Assembly (NCBI GenBank): GCA_964106645.2
Contig: OZ067041.1
Strand: one strand, 5' to 3'
DNA length: 64,000 bases
Origin: Podarcis pityusensis
Taxonomy: Eukaryota
The notes under the pieces are model-generated. The model saw nothing but the letters and a program-made list of their open reading frames with translations. It was not told the origin of the DNA and searched no databases. The translations under genes and the position numbers were made by a program. This document shows positions 50,322-62,258 of this stretch, one piece after another; position 1 is the first letter of the stretch; each line of letters begins with the position of its first letter.

Positions 50322-51535
50322 GTCTACATTGCCTGGTAGTGGCCCGCCCTGCCTGGAGATGTCAGGGATTGAACCTTCCACAAGTGGGGTAGATGTTCTA
50401 TCTCTGAGCTATCACCTTTCTGCTGAAGGCAGCTATGGGCTGGTGTATGCTATGTTTACACCTTACTAAATATTTTTGCCTCTTGTGTACACTTAACTAC
50501 ACAAAAGCAGTTCTCCTGTGATTAAATGGCAGCTCTTTTTCATAGCCTCCAATTCTGCTTCTGAGTGGCCCAATAATATAACAAACCTTAATCACCAGTC
50601 CCAAGATTTTGCTACATTTTTAATGCATCCATGAAAGTGTTAGCAGGACTTGCAGCCTTATTATTTTGGAGTTTATGTGATTTGCTTTGCTTTACCCAGT
50701 CAGTCTGAGCGAGTTGGAGCTGTTAACGCATAGATATATTTTTTGGCCTGTCTCTGTGTGAGATTCCTTTGCTCACTGCACACACACACACAAAGAAAAT
50801 GGCTGGGTACATTTAAGGTTTATAGGATTGTGGAGGATCTACTGAAGATTAAAGAGGACAGGAAAGTCAAATGAGCACTGTGTTAACTTTTGCTTGATAA
50901 AGGGATTTGTATAGCAGTCTGCTGCAAAAGATAAGACAAATGGGATAGCAGATGACCAGCTGAAAAATTTGAGAGTGATATTCATTGCTACATGTAAGAA
51001 TTGAGAATATGATCTTGATTCACTTTCATTTTAGCTCTTTATAGTCAATTCAATTTATTTAGTATCAGACCGAATAGAGCAAGAAAGCCACTGCCTCCGG
51101 CAAATAATTTCTCTCTAACAATTTTCCTTGTTAAGGCACTATGTATAAAAAAAGCTTTTATAGGTCAATTGATATAAGGCTGCTCCTTCATTTTAGACCT
51201 TTATTATCCCATTGATTTGATGCTTAAGATGAAGTGAAAGGGAAATACCATCTTACTGAATATAGTATCTTTCATCCCAGTTGTTCCTCTAGTACAGGGA
51301 TAGGGAATCTGTGGTCCTCCAGATTTCATTGTTCTTCAAACCTCACCAGCCCCAACCAGCATAGGCATTGTTAAGAGATGATGGAAAGTGAAAAACTCAC
51401 TATCCTGCTCTGGCGCTTCTCAAACAATGAAAGGGATCTTTTCATTATCCACTGAGATTTCATGAGGCACAGCCTCCACTGGGGATGCAACCCATACCAA
51501 ACAGAAGACAGCTATTTGAGAATGAGGGTGGTACT

Positions 51536-54500
51536 TTAAACAGATGAGACAAAAGACATTTGAGTCGGCAAATAAGTGTGGTAAACTGTTGGCTTGGCAA
51601 ATGAAAAAAAGACAAAAACTTAATACCATTACGAATTTGGAAGTAGAAGGAAAGAACATACAGAATCCTGTGGAAATTAGAAAGTGCTTCCAGAGGTATT
51701 TTAAACAACTTTATACACAGGAGAAGCAGAAAGAAATGGATATTGATAAAATTTTGAAAATGAAGGGACTACAAAAAATTTCTCAAGAAAATAAATTAAT
51801 GCTGAACTATAAAATAACGAAACAGGAAGTAGAAGGGGCCATTCAGAATATGCAATTAGGTAAATCTCCAGGACCGGATGGACTGACTTCAAGATATTAC
51901 AGATCTCTGAATGGTTAATACAACCTTTAAAGGAAGTCTGTAATGAAATACTTGAAGGGAAAAGGGCACCAGAGTCGTGGAAGGAAGCTTACATCACACT
52001 TATACCGAAAACAGAGACTGAAAAGACACAACTCAAGAATTACCGCCCCATATCATTGCTTAATGTGGATTATAAAATTTTTGCAGATATTTTGGCTAAA
52101 AGACTAAAAAAGGTGTTAATGGAAGAAATTCATAAAGATCAAGCGGGCTTTCTCCCGGGCAGACATTTGTCTGACAATACGAGGAATATAATTAATATTT
52201 TAGAAAAACTACAAGTGAAGATTAATACCAAAGCAGTTTTGATCATTGTGGATGCGGAGAAAGCTTTTGACAACATTTCTTGGAGTTTCATGAAGAAGAA
52301 TTTATTGGGGATGGGGGTGGGTCAAGGCTTTGGAAACGGTATAAGTGCAATTTATTCAGAACAGAAGGCCAAGTTAATTGTGAACAATGTAGTGACGGAA
52401 GAATTTAAGATTGAGAAAGGAACACGACAAGGTTGCCCAATCTCCCCATTGCTTTTTATATCGGTCTTGGAGGTTTTGTTAAATATGATTAGAAGGGACC
52501 AATTGGTAAAAGGTATACAAGTGGGAGCCAAACAGTACAAATTTAAAGCATTTGCTGATGATTTAGTATTGACTTTACAGGAGCCAGAATCTAGCACTAA
52601 AAGAGTATTAGAACTAATTCAAAAATTTGGTCAGGTAGCAGGTTTAAAGTTGAATAAGATGAAAACTAAGGTTTTAGAGAAGAACCTAACAGAGATTGAG
52701 AGAGAGAAGTTTCAGAAGGAGACAGGACTGACACTGGTTAAGAAAGTGAAATATTTAGGGGTTAATATGACTACTAAGAATGTGAATTTATTTAAGGATA
52801 ATTATGAAAAATGTTGGAATGAAGTGAAAAAAGATTTAGAAATATGGTCAAATTTGAAGTTATCGTTGTTAGGCCGAATTGCTGTGATAAAAATGAATGT
52901 ATTGCCAAGAATGCTGTTTTTGTTTCAAACACTGCAAATTTTGGACAAAATGGACTGTTTCAAGAAGTGGCAGAGAGATATCTCCAGATTTGTCTGGCAG
53001 GGCAAGAAGCCTCATATAAAATTTAAGATATTAACTGATGCTAAAGAAAGAGGCGGATTTGCCCTGCCAGACTTAAAACTTTATTATGAATCAGCCGCTT
53101 TTTGTTGGCTGAGAGAATGGATGCTCCTTGAAAACACGGATGTTTTGGATTTGGAAGGTTTCAATAATGTATTTGGTTGGCATGCATATTTGTGGTATGA
53201 TAAGGTTAAAGCACACAAAGCGTTTAAAAACCATATTGTAGGAAAAGCACTGTTTAATGTCTGGATAAGATATAAGGATTTGTTAGAAAATAAAACCCCA
53301 AGATGGTTGTCACCAATGGAAGCAAAGGCTCAGAAAAAACTCAATATGGAGGCCAAATGGCCGAAGTATTGGGAAATTTTGGAACAAGAGGGTGACAGAT
53401 TAATACTGCAGAGCTTTGAAAAATTAAAAAATAGAGTACGAGATTGGCTCCATTATTATCAAATAATGGAGGCATATAATTTGGATAAAAAACTAGGCTT
53501 CCAGGTGGAAAAATCAAAGTTGGAAACAGAATTGCTAGACCCTAAAGTTAAGAAATTGTCAAGAATGTATAACTTGCTGTTGAAATGGAATACTCAAGAT
53601 GAAATGGTGAAATCTGCTATGATTAAATGGGCACAAGATGTTGGACATAATATTATGATGGCCGACTGGGAACAGTTATGGACCACTGGTATGAAATTTA
53701 CGGCATGCAATGCCTTAAAAGAGAATTTAATGAAAATGATTTATAGGTGGTACATAACACCAGTCAAGCTTGCAAAAATCTACCATCTGCCCGATAACAA
53801 ATGTTGGAAATGTAGTGTAACTGAAGGTACATTTTTTCACCTTTGGTGGACATGCCCAAAGATTAAGGCATTCTGGGAGATGATCTATAATGAAATGAAA
53901 AAGGTATTTAAATATACCTTCCTGAAGAAACCAGAGGCCTTTCTCCTGGGCATGGTCGGCCAATTGGTGTCAAAGAAGGACAGAACTTTCTTTATGTATG
54001 CTACAATAGCAGCAAGAATACTTATTGCAAAACATTGGAAGACACAAGATCTACCCACCAGGGAAGAATGGCAGATGAAGCTGATGGACTACATGGAACT
54101 GGCGGAAATGACTGGCAGAATCCGAGACCAGGGAGAAGAGTCAGTGGAAGAAGATTGGAAAAAATTCAAAGTATACTTACAGAAACATTGTGAAATTAAT
54201 GAGTGTTAGAAGGATGCTGGAATGAAGTTATATGGTTTTAGTAGAAATGCAACAAAGAATTAAGTAAAAGTTGATTGATAACGGGTTAAAATGAAAAAAT
54301 TTAAGGTTAGACCGTTAAGATAAATTATAGGAAAAAAATGAAGAAAGATGGGAAGAATTTGCTGAAATAGTGAATAGAACTAGAATACAAAAAAAGGGAG
54401 GTGTGAGGAGGTCGATGAAACAAGTAAAGGAAAGGTAAAGATATGGAATATTGGATGTGTGTTTTAGTTCTCTTTTTGTTTCTTTTTGTTGTATTGTTGT

Positions 54501-54609
54501 ATTGCTTTTCTATGTTTTTTTTCTTTTTCTTCTTCTTTGTTATTGTTGTCTTTTTTCTTTTTTCTGTAATTTTTAAACTTTTAATAAATATCATTATAAA
54601 AAAAAAAGA
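51536..54609 (+). mobile_element. Young 5'-truncated L1-clade LINE
   Basis: ORF2 remnant, 3' UTR, AATAAA, poly(A); perfect 18-bp TSD GAGAATGAGGGTGGTACT at 51518-51535 and 54610-54627. Confidence 0.95.
51538..54209 (+). pseudogene. L1 ORF2 (reverse transcriptase and C-terminal Cys/His domain); endonuclease domain missing, one frameshift near 51910
   Basis: KSPGPDG, NYRPISLLNVDYK, DAEKAFD, GTRQGCPISPLLF, FADD and CWKC..HLWWTC motifs; 717 open codons at 52056-54209. Confidence 0.93.
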
Positions 54610-54699
54610 GAGAATGAGGGTGGTACTAGATGCCAGTTTGGTTGGAATGCTTAAGAACTCTGAACTAACCTATAATTAGGGTAACAGGCTTTATATATA

Positions 54700-54938
54700 T
54701 AGTGGTACCTCTGGTTATGAACTGAATCCATTCCAGAGGTCCGTTCATAACCGGAAATCGTTCTTATCCTGAGGTGCGCTTTCACTAATGGTGCTTCCCG
54801 CTGTGCGCGCACCTCTGGCACGCGATTTATGCTCGCATCCCGGAGCAAAGTTTGCTATCAGGAGCTGCTACTTCTGGGTTAGCAGAGCTCATAATGCGAA
54901 GTGTGTGTAACCAGAAGCATTTGTAAACAGAAGTACCA

Positions 54939-54941
<3 letters not shown>
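54700..54941 (+). mobile_element. Tc1/mariner (Tigger-like) MITE, older subfamily, followed by (TG)n to 54972
   Basis: AGTGGTACCTCTGGTTA / TAAACAGAAGTACCAATG termini. Confidence 0.75.
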
Positions 54942-54974
<33 letters not shown>

Positions 54975-55235
54975 TCTTTTGAATTGCCTGTTTTTAACAG
55001 TCTAGGTAAATCCAAGATGGAGTAATCAAGTAAGAAATAAAAACCTTGAGTAGACTCTTTGGGTTGTAACTAAGTTTTACTTAGAGTAGTCCTGTTGGAA
55101 TCAAAGAACTTACTCATTAATTTATGTGTGTCTACTCTTAGTAGGACTAGCATTTGACACAACCCTTTCATTCTGCTTTTAGATTATCACAGCATACCAC
55201 TCTTAGCCAGGTAGACAGATATCTAGCTTGCCCAA

Positions 55236-55313
55236 TTCTAAGGTTTTAGAACAAGTGTTAGCCACAGCTAATATTGTCCAGTTCTAAGGCTTTAAAACAA
55301 GTATTAGCCACAG
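55236..55313. repeat. 46-bp-period tandem duplication
   Basis: TTCTAAGG(T/C)TTTA(G/A)AACAAGT(G/A)TTAGCCACAG twice. Confidence 0.8.
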
Positions 55314-57249
55314 TCCTCTCAAACATGTTGATTCCTGTGCCATAAATTCACAGCCTAGGGGCTGCTTTGCATGTTGTTCTCCTATTTCATCTAGGTACAG
55401 AGATGTCTGTAGCAGGGGAAATAGCTGGCAACATTTAATAACAGCAGGTAACTGGCAACAGAGGCACAATATTCAGGACCTGGGACAGCTGCAGAGTACT
55501 GAAGGCTTCAGAGCGCTGAACCCTTAAAAGGCTGGTGATTTCCCAAGCTCAGTCTGACAACTGGGAATCAGAAGAATTTTAAAAGAGCAATGTTTTGACT
55601 TAGAGTTATGCATTCTAATGTTACTGAGTGGACCTGTAGATCTTCCCTGCCATCAAATGTTGGGACTTAAAACAGAACATAAGCCTAAAGTTTAATCCCC
55701 CTCATACAGTACTGACAATTTGGAGGTGGCCCTCAATTTCCTAATGTGATTTGTTTTCTCATCAGTTCATAGAGAATGGTTGGGAACTAATGCAGGAAAT
55801 TTTTTTGGCACAGCACTGGTTGCTCTCCGCCAGCCTAACCAACCTTACAGGTTGTTGTGCAAACAGCAGGGGTTGAGGGAGAATGTGCTGTCGGGAGCTC
55901 TTTGGAGGAAGTTTATGAAAATACAACAGTGCAATTGCAATCATACAAAACAGGTATAGGTGCCTCTACTAAAAATATTCCACTTTTTAAAACATTGCTT
56001 GGAATTGGCTGCAAGGGTCACCCAATAAATCTGCTAAAAACAAATCAAAACTCCATTCAGATTCGTTTCCCAAACTGTAAACCGGTCAGTTTGAGTTAAT
56101 ATTGTTATGCCACGCTATTTAGAAATGAGCTCTCGTGAAAAATCAATTAAAATAATTCAAGGAAATTAAAGTGCTGACAAGTTAATAACAACTCTTCAGG
56201 TTGTTAAATAGGATTGGCATGGATTAGCATCAGGAGGTAGGCAAGAATTTTCCATTTTACCAACTGCAATGACAGCTTTGTGGATTGAACCACACCCAAG
56301 CATTCAGATATGGTCTATTACAACCACCAGTGAGTGAGTGATGTTTAATCCCATAAGACATATTTCTGTTGAGGACTGTTACTTTCTTTATCATCATGTG
56401 AGCTCGGTCACAGATATTATAGATTGCATTTTATCTTGGCTTGTGTCTGTTTGAGCCCTCAGCAGTTATCCAGTTTATCCAACTTCCATTTGTTCTGGTT
56501 TAATCCATTTAACTCCATAGATTTTTTTTTTGTATGGTGATTATTTAATATCCATCCTGGTGTGAAGAAAACATGTTTATAGAAGTTTGAGTTGCTTGTT
56601 CTTAGATTTATTTCATTTCCCTTCTAAAATGATTAAGATCACTGGACTTCAACTGGTGGGGGTTGCAGCTTGATCCAAGTTGGGTTGCAACAGGAGTAGT
56701 GCCACTGTGCAACTATATGGTAAAAGATTAAGAAATAGGTCCCCAAATTCTTTTGTTTGTTGGTTTGTTAAAAGTGGGTCCTGGGTCCAAAAAGGTTGAT
56801 TTAGAACAATAATATGCAGACATTTTGAATTCCAGCTTGTTCCTGTGATATAAAGCAAAAGCTAATACTGTACTGTAAATTTAGGAAAATCCTGACATTG
56901 CCAATGACTAGCTGGAAGCCCCTTGGTGGAAGAATGTGTGGCTGTTGCCAGGAAGAGAATATAATTGGATGGAGCACCCGAATAAATTACCTTTATTCTA
57001 TATCCCTTCCAGCTCTATGATTTGACATGTCTGGGGACTAATTTGACATAAATCTGAGAGGACACCACCCAAAGTGAAGTTCACTGCAACTCTAGCCACC
57101 ATAGACAGAGAATCACCCCATTCTAAGATGACATTCCATAATCCAGAACAGCTGCATCTGCCTTGTCCTTCAAACGCTTCCTTTAGAGACAGGGAGAAAC
57201 ACACATTTGCTTTGATTTCCATGTCCTCATGTTCTCCTGTCCCATTAGA

Positions 57250-57430
57250 ACTAGCGTAGTGCGGTGACTAGGCTAGGACCTGAGAGATCAGGGTTCAGAT
57301 TCCTAGCTGGCCATGAAGCTTACTGTGTGTGGCTGAGGGCCAGTCACTGTCTCTGACTGATCCATCACTCGTGGGAGTATAATGTACGCTGCCCTGAGCT
57401 CCTGGGAAGAAGTGGGGGATATGGCTAAGA
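57250..57430 (+). mobile_element. MIR/CORE-like SINE
   Basis: AGGGTTCAGATTCC B box, GCCATGAAGCTTACTG...GGGCCAGTCAC core, GCTGCCCTGAGCTCC tail. Confidence 0.6.
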
Positions 57431-59087
57431 ATAGGCAGATAAGTCCATGTCACTTTTACATGTGTGAACTACAAAGTCTGTTCTCTCACATTTCCATATT
57501 AAACATATTTTCCCCATCCTAAAAAAATCTGCATAGAATTATTATTACAAAATCCTGCTCTATTCTGGAGCCCATCTAGAATCTCAATCTATTTTTTTTT
57601 ATGTCTAGAGGAGTCCAGAAAATTAATCTACTTACACTGGATTGAGTTTGGCCAGAGCCACCCATAATTAGTGACATCACACCTGAGAACCTGCTCTGTC
57701 TTCTAGAAGGTTTTAGCTTATCAAATTAAAGAGTGGGGAACATGTGGTCCTATTGATGTTGCTGGACTCTAACTCCCATTATCCCAGACCATTGGGATGG
57801 CTGGATAGGGCTAATGGAGGCAGAAGGACCAACAAGTTTCCCATTCCTGAAGTACCCAGAGCAGGACCACCCCCATAAATCATGAAGGGGACCCAAAGGT
57901 TCTTGAGATAAGTCAAGCTCTGATTCTTAAAAGGTGAAGTGAACTGCCTGAAGAATGGCAACTATATTCTACCTAAGAGACTTGCTGGCTTATCTGTCTA
58001 TATACAGCACACATTTTGAGGAAGTGGGGGGGGGGGGGATGCAAGTCAATATTTCTGTTCACATTGCAGAATGAGCAATGTAAGGGCAGCCTGCCAGCAT
58101 TTGACACAGCTGCTTCCAGGGATCAAAACTGCTCAATGTTGTTGTTTTTCTTTAGGTCAAAAAAGAATGTAGTTAATTGACTTATGGCAAGGAACTTGTC
58201 ATTCACAGGGCATCAGAACTATAGGCCTACAAAGTGAATGTGTATTAATTCTCTGCCAGTAGAAAATTATGGGAAAGCACTTGGCTTAATTACACAACTT
58301 GCCCCTCTCTATAATTTGCTTATGTGGAAGAGCATGTGAGGAATATTCAGCATTTAAGAGGTTTGGTCCTAAAGCCAGTTACTCTAGAACAGCATCTTCA
58401 CAGCCAGTGAGGTTATGGTGGGCAAACCAGGAATAGGAACCAGTGTCACTTCACATATTGTTGGACTTCTCCTCTCACCAGTTTCAGCCGGTATGGCAAA
58501 TGAGTCGGCTTTGGAATCTGAGATTGGTGGATTTCCCCCGTTACTCTCCAAAGAGCTCTCTCTACCTGCACCCCCTCCCCATCCTGGCATTTTCTTTGTG
58601 GCAAGCTTGGAGAAAAAGGTTTCATTTTCAGCAGACACATGGACTGGAGGTTTTTCCAATCTCCTGAGCACCCTGAAGACTTCAAAGAACCATGCTTCAG
58701 TTTCAGGCACTTTGGGGGTATCCCATTTCTGTTCAGACAAGCCCAAATCTGCCTGAAACATCCAAATCCAATGTGTATGCCTAATAGAAAAAAATCATAG
58801 GGATGTTGATGCTTGTGTTTCTGTCTGGTGTAAGATGGGGATGTATTTATAGGTCACTTCACAGCATGGGATGTGTGATACCAAAGATACTTCTGAAAGA
58901 AAAAAAATGACCTTTCCATGCTGGACCTCTTAGCTGAACTAGCAGACCATGAATGCTCATTATTGAATTGCTTATAATTCTTGGATCTTTGGCAAAATGC
59001 ATGTCAAGCATCTACCCATAGAGACTCGGCCTTTGCTCGCTGCTAGCTTGTTTAATCCTGGGCTCTGAACCCAGGGAACAGAAATAT

Positions 59088-59214
59088 AATATATAATAAT
59101 AATAATTTATTATTTATACCCCACCCACCTGGCTGAGTTTCCCCAGCCACTCTGGGCGGCTCCCAATCAAGTGTTAAAAACAATACAGCATTAAATATTA
59201 AAAACTTCCCTAAA
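59088..59214 (-). mobile_element. L2 3' end
   Basis: Same family as 17805-18182. Confidence 0.8.
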
Positions 59215-59255
59215 CCTGTGGCTCTCCAAATGTTGTCATCCTCTAGCCTCCATCA

Positions 59256-59416
59256 CATACCTGTCAACTGCTGTGCTTTGAGTGGGAAGTCCCAGAATTA
59301 CAGAAGCTATCCTGGTTTCTGATTGGATCCCAGGATGTTTTGTTTCAGCTCTCGCAAGAACGCAACCCCAAAAGACTTACATCCTGATTTTCCTCTGCAG
59401 GATGTTGGAGGGTATG
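59256..59416. mobile_element. Short TIR DNA element with a 6-bp TSD
   Basis: TIRs CATACCTGTCAAC / GTTGGAGGGTATG; TSD CCATCA at 59250-59255 and 59417-59422; nested in an older hAT MITE. Confidence 0.7.
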
Positions 59417-59798
59417 CCATCAGCCAGGCTAGCAGGACCAATGATCAGGGATGATGTGTGCTGTACATCTGGAGGGCAACAGGTCCCCATCACTGTTCTA
59501 AACCAACTCTTATTATGTGCATAAGTGATAAAGAATTTGATAGTACATACTTCTGAATTATCTTTTGAGATAGCAGCTAATAGCTTATGGATTGGTTAGT
59601 GTCATACATCAGTGTAGGTGAACCGTAATCAGATTCCTTTCCTGGAAAGGCAGGCCAGAGCTGTTGAATTTTGCTGCATCTTCCAGGAGTTCCCCATTTC
59701 TTTCCCTTACAATTAGAAATAACTGATGTAAGTGCGCTCGTGCACACACACACACATACACACATGAGTGGCTGGGGAAACCCAGCCAGATCAGCAGG

Positions 59799-59799
<1 letters not shown>

Positions 59800-59840
<41 letters not shown>
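59800..59840. repeat. (TAT)n microsatellite, the tail of a tiny L2 end at ~59765-59800
   Basis: Seen directly; preceded by GAGTGGCTGGGGAAACCCAGCCAGAT. Confidence 0.9.
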
Positions 59841-59842
<2 letters not shown>

Positions 59843-60404
59843 TCTCAACATTCTGTCTAGTGATGGCAGCAAGCTTCATAATGACTTTTGCCATGGGACT
59901 GTGGCATAGTGTCTGCCACAACTCAAAGACCAGAAAAACAGACAGTACTACAGAATGGTGCAGGTATGCTCTCCCCTATCAATAGGGAAAAGATATCAAC
60001 ATCAACCACTCCCATGCTTAGTCAGAGAGAGAGGCTCTTTGGTCCTCTCCTCTGTTCACTACAGATGGGAGGTTGGTTGTCTAATCATAGCCACCAGTGA
60101 AATGTGGGCATGATTTAGTGGGCGGGTCCAATGCCAGTGCACCCAGGAACTGAGCAGGAAACGCAAGCACTCTTGTTGAGCTTTCTGTATTTTTGAAGGG
60201 ATATTACTGAGATCTTTCACAGGCATCATAGCTTGTGAGCACACTACAGCCTACAGATGCCAAGTTGGTGACACCCGAAAGATGCCATCCATTGGTATTT
60301 ATTAGCTTTTGTTCAGGTGAGCATGCTTAGAATTATAATGTTTTATTTTAATTTTTTTTGCTTCAGTAAAGTGAAGCTATGGTGCACCAGTTATCTTCCA
60401 GTGT

Positions 60405-60638
60405 GAGCCAGTATGGTGTAATGGTTAAGAGCAGTAGACTTGTAATCTGGGGAACCGGGTTCGCGTCTCCACTCCTCCACATGCAGCTGCTGGGTGACCT
60501 TGGGCTAGTCACACTTCTCTGAAGTCTCTCAGCCTCACTCACCTCACAGAGTGTTGTTGTGGGGGAGGAAGGGAAAGGAGATTGTTGGCCGCTTTGAGAC
60601 TCCTTCGGGTAGTGATAAAGCGAGATATCAAATCCAAA
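60405..60638 (+). mobile_element. Young tRNA-derived CORE-like SINE with an L2-type end
   Basis: A box TGGTGTAATGG, B-box-like GGTTCGCGTCTCC, CORE-like GGGTGACCTTGGGC, end GCCGCTTTGAGACTCCTTCGGG...GATATCAAAT. Confidence 0.8.
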
Positions 60639-60731
60639 CTCCTCCTCCTCCTCCTCCTCCTCCTCCTTCTCCTCCTCTTCTTCTTCTTCTTCTGCTTCTG
60701 CTTCTGCTTCTGCTTCTGCTTCTGCTTCTTC
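60639..60731. repeat. Compound microsatellite (CTC)n-(CTT)n-(CTGCTT)n forming the SINE tail
   Basis: Seen directly. Confidence 0.95.
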
Positions 60732-61801
60732 CACAGTGGCAAATTTTTGTGGACTGTGTGGGAAAGATTTGCCCTCTTTATGAATATTGCAAGGACATGC
60801 TGGTTTAATTTAAGACCTGAACAAAGTCTCTACAACCACAGTATCTCAGCGTACATAACATCTTCCCTGAACTTGGCAGGTAATTATTGGTATAACTAAA
60901 TAGATAATTACATATTTCAAACTACAAGACAACAGAGAGCTCATTTTTTTCTATGCAGCTAGCTAAGCAGTGCTCTTTTTTTAAAAAAAGACTGTGTCTC
61001 ACTGAAACTTGGCAATGGTCTGTTTTGTGTCATTTTAATTAGCTGTTGTTGTGTGAAATATGGGAACTGGGAAATGGTTATAAATCCTGAAATCCCAGAT
61101 CACATAGTAGGTACATTGTTCAGTCATGCCTCGTTCCTAATATTAGTTCAAATGTTTCTGGCGTTGTATTAGAGGAAACTGATTATAATGAGAGAAAGAA
61201 ACCAGAAGGGAAATAAAAAGCAGTGTGACCCAAAGGTTTACAATATAGATAAATGCTGTATGATAGAATGGTGGTCTTTGATGCATCTAATTTAAAGAAT
61301 GCCTTTCCACCTGTCTATTCTGTTAGTGTTTTTAGAAAACTAGAAACTGTGTGTCTGTGTCTCGGTGTTCAGAAATCTTTTTTTTTCTTGTAAGTGATTT
61401 CATTTTTAAAAGGACATTTTTGTTATTCACCATGCCACCAAAAATTAATCTTCACCTTTGGTAATATAAACACTGCACAGTTTTTTTATTATTCCTGTTT
61501 TCCACCTACCAAGGCACCTCTGTTTTGTTTAAGGATGGAGGCAGGCCTGGATGGCAGCTGCTTTTTATATTTACAGAAATGGGAAATCAGCCACTATATG
61601 CTTCTCCTTACCCAAGAGGCCTTGGTGCAACCTGAAACCTGCATAGCACCCAACAAGGTTCATTGAGATCCAAGGGATTGTGGGAGCATATGCTGTTGGG
61701 TGGCCACATAACCCATAAAAAAGTGACTACTTACACAAAACAAAGGCTTTTCCTGGGGTAGAGGGGGAATGGGAAAAGGCTCTCCTATAAGTTTGTTCTT
61801 A

Positions 61802-62066
61802 GTCCAAGGCACTAGTTACAGATAGGTAGCCGTGTTGGTCTGCCATAGTCAAAATAAAAAAAATCCTTCCAGTAGCACCTTTAAGACCAACTAAGTTAGT
61901 TCTTGGTATGAGCTTTCGTGTGCAAGCACACTTCTTCAGATACACTGAAGAAGTGTGTATCTGAAGAAGTGTGCTTGCACACGAAAGCTCATACCAAGAA
62001 CTAACTTAGTTGGTCTTAAAGGTGCTACTGGAAGGATTTTTTTTATTTTGTCCAAGGCACTAGTTA
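61802..62066 (-). mobile_element. Penelope-like element pLTR foldback insertion (young)
   Basis: Perfect 96-bp inverted arms at 61850-61945 and 61955-62050 around a 9-nt loop; 17-bp TSD GTCCAAGGCACTAGTTA at 61802-61818 and 62050-62066; arms and tail match the 4710 copy. Confidence 0.85.
61957..61994 (+). ncRNA. Minimal type I hammerhead ribozyme motif (mirror copy on the - strand at 61906-61943)
   Basis: GTAT-CTGAAGA-A-GTGTG(CTTG)CACAC-GAAA-GCTC-ATAC, identical to 4856-4893. Confidence 0.75.
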
Positions 62067-62146
62067 GCTTCTGTTCCTTAGACAAACTATAGAATGTGAT
62101 GGAATGCTGGGCCATGGCTTTTATAGAGAGAGAGCAGGAAAAAACC

Positions 62147-62258
62147 ATAAGGACATAAGACAAGGCCTGCTGGATCACACCAAAGGCTCATTTCATCCAG
62201 CATCCATGTTCTCACAGTGTCCCACCAGGTGCCTCTGGGAAGCCTGGAAGCAGGATCT
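62147..62258 (-). mobile_element. CR1 3' end
   Basis: GGACATAAGACAAGGCCTGCTGGATCA...TCCAGCATCC..TTCTCACAGTG. Confidence 0.7.

Noticed and set aside
58384-58761. 113-125 aa ORFs on both strands
   Set aside because: No recognisable domain and no convincing splice signals
60363-60899. Poly-E, poly-R and poly-L ORFs
   Set aside because: Translations of the compound microsatellite
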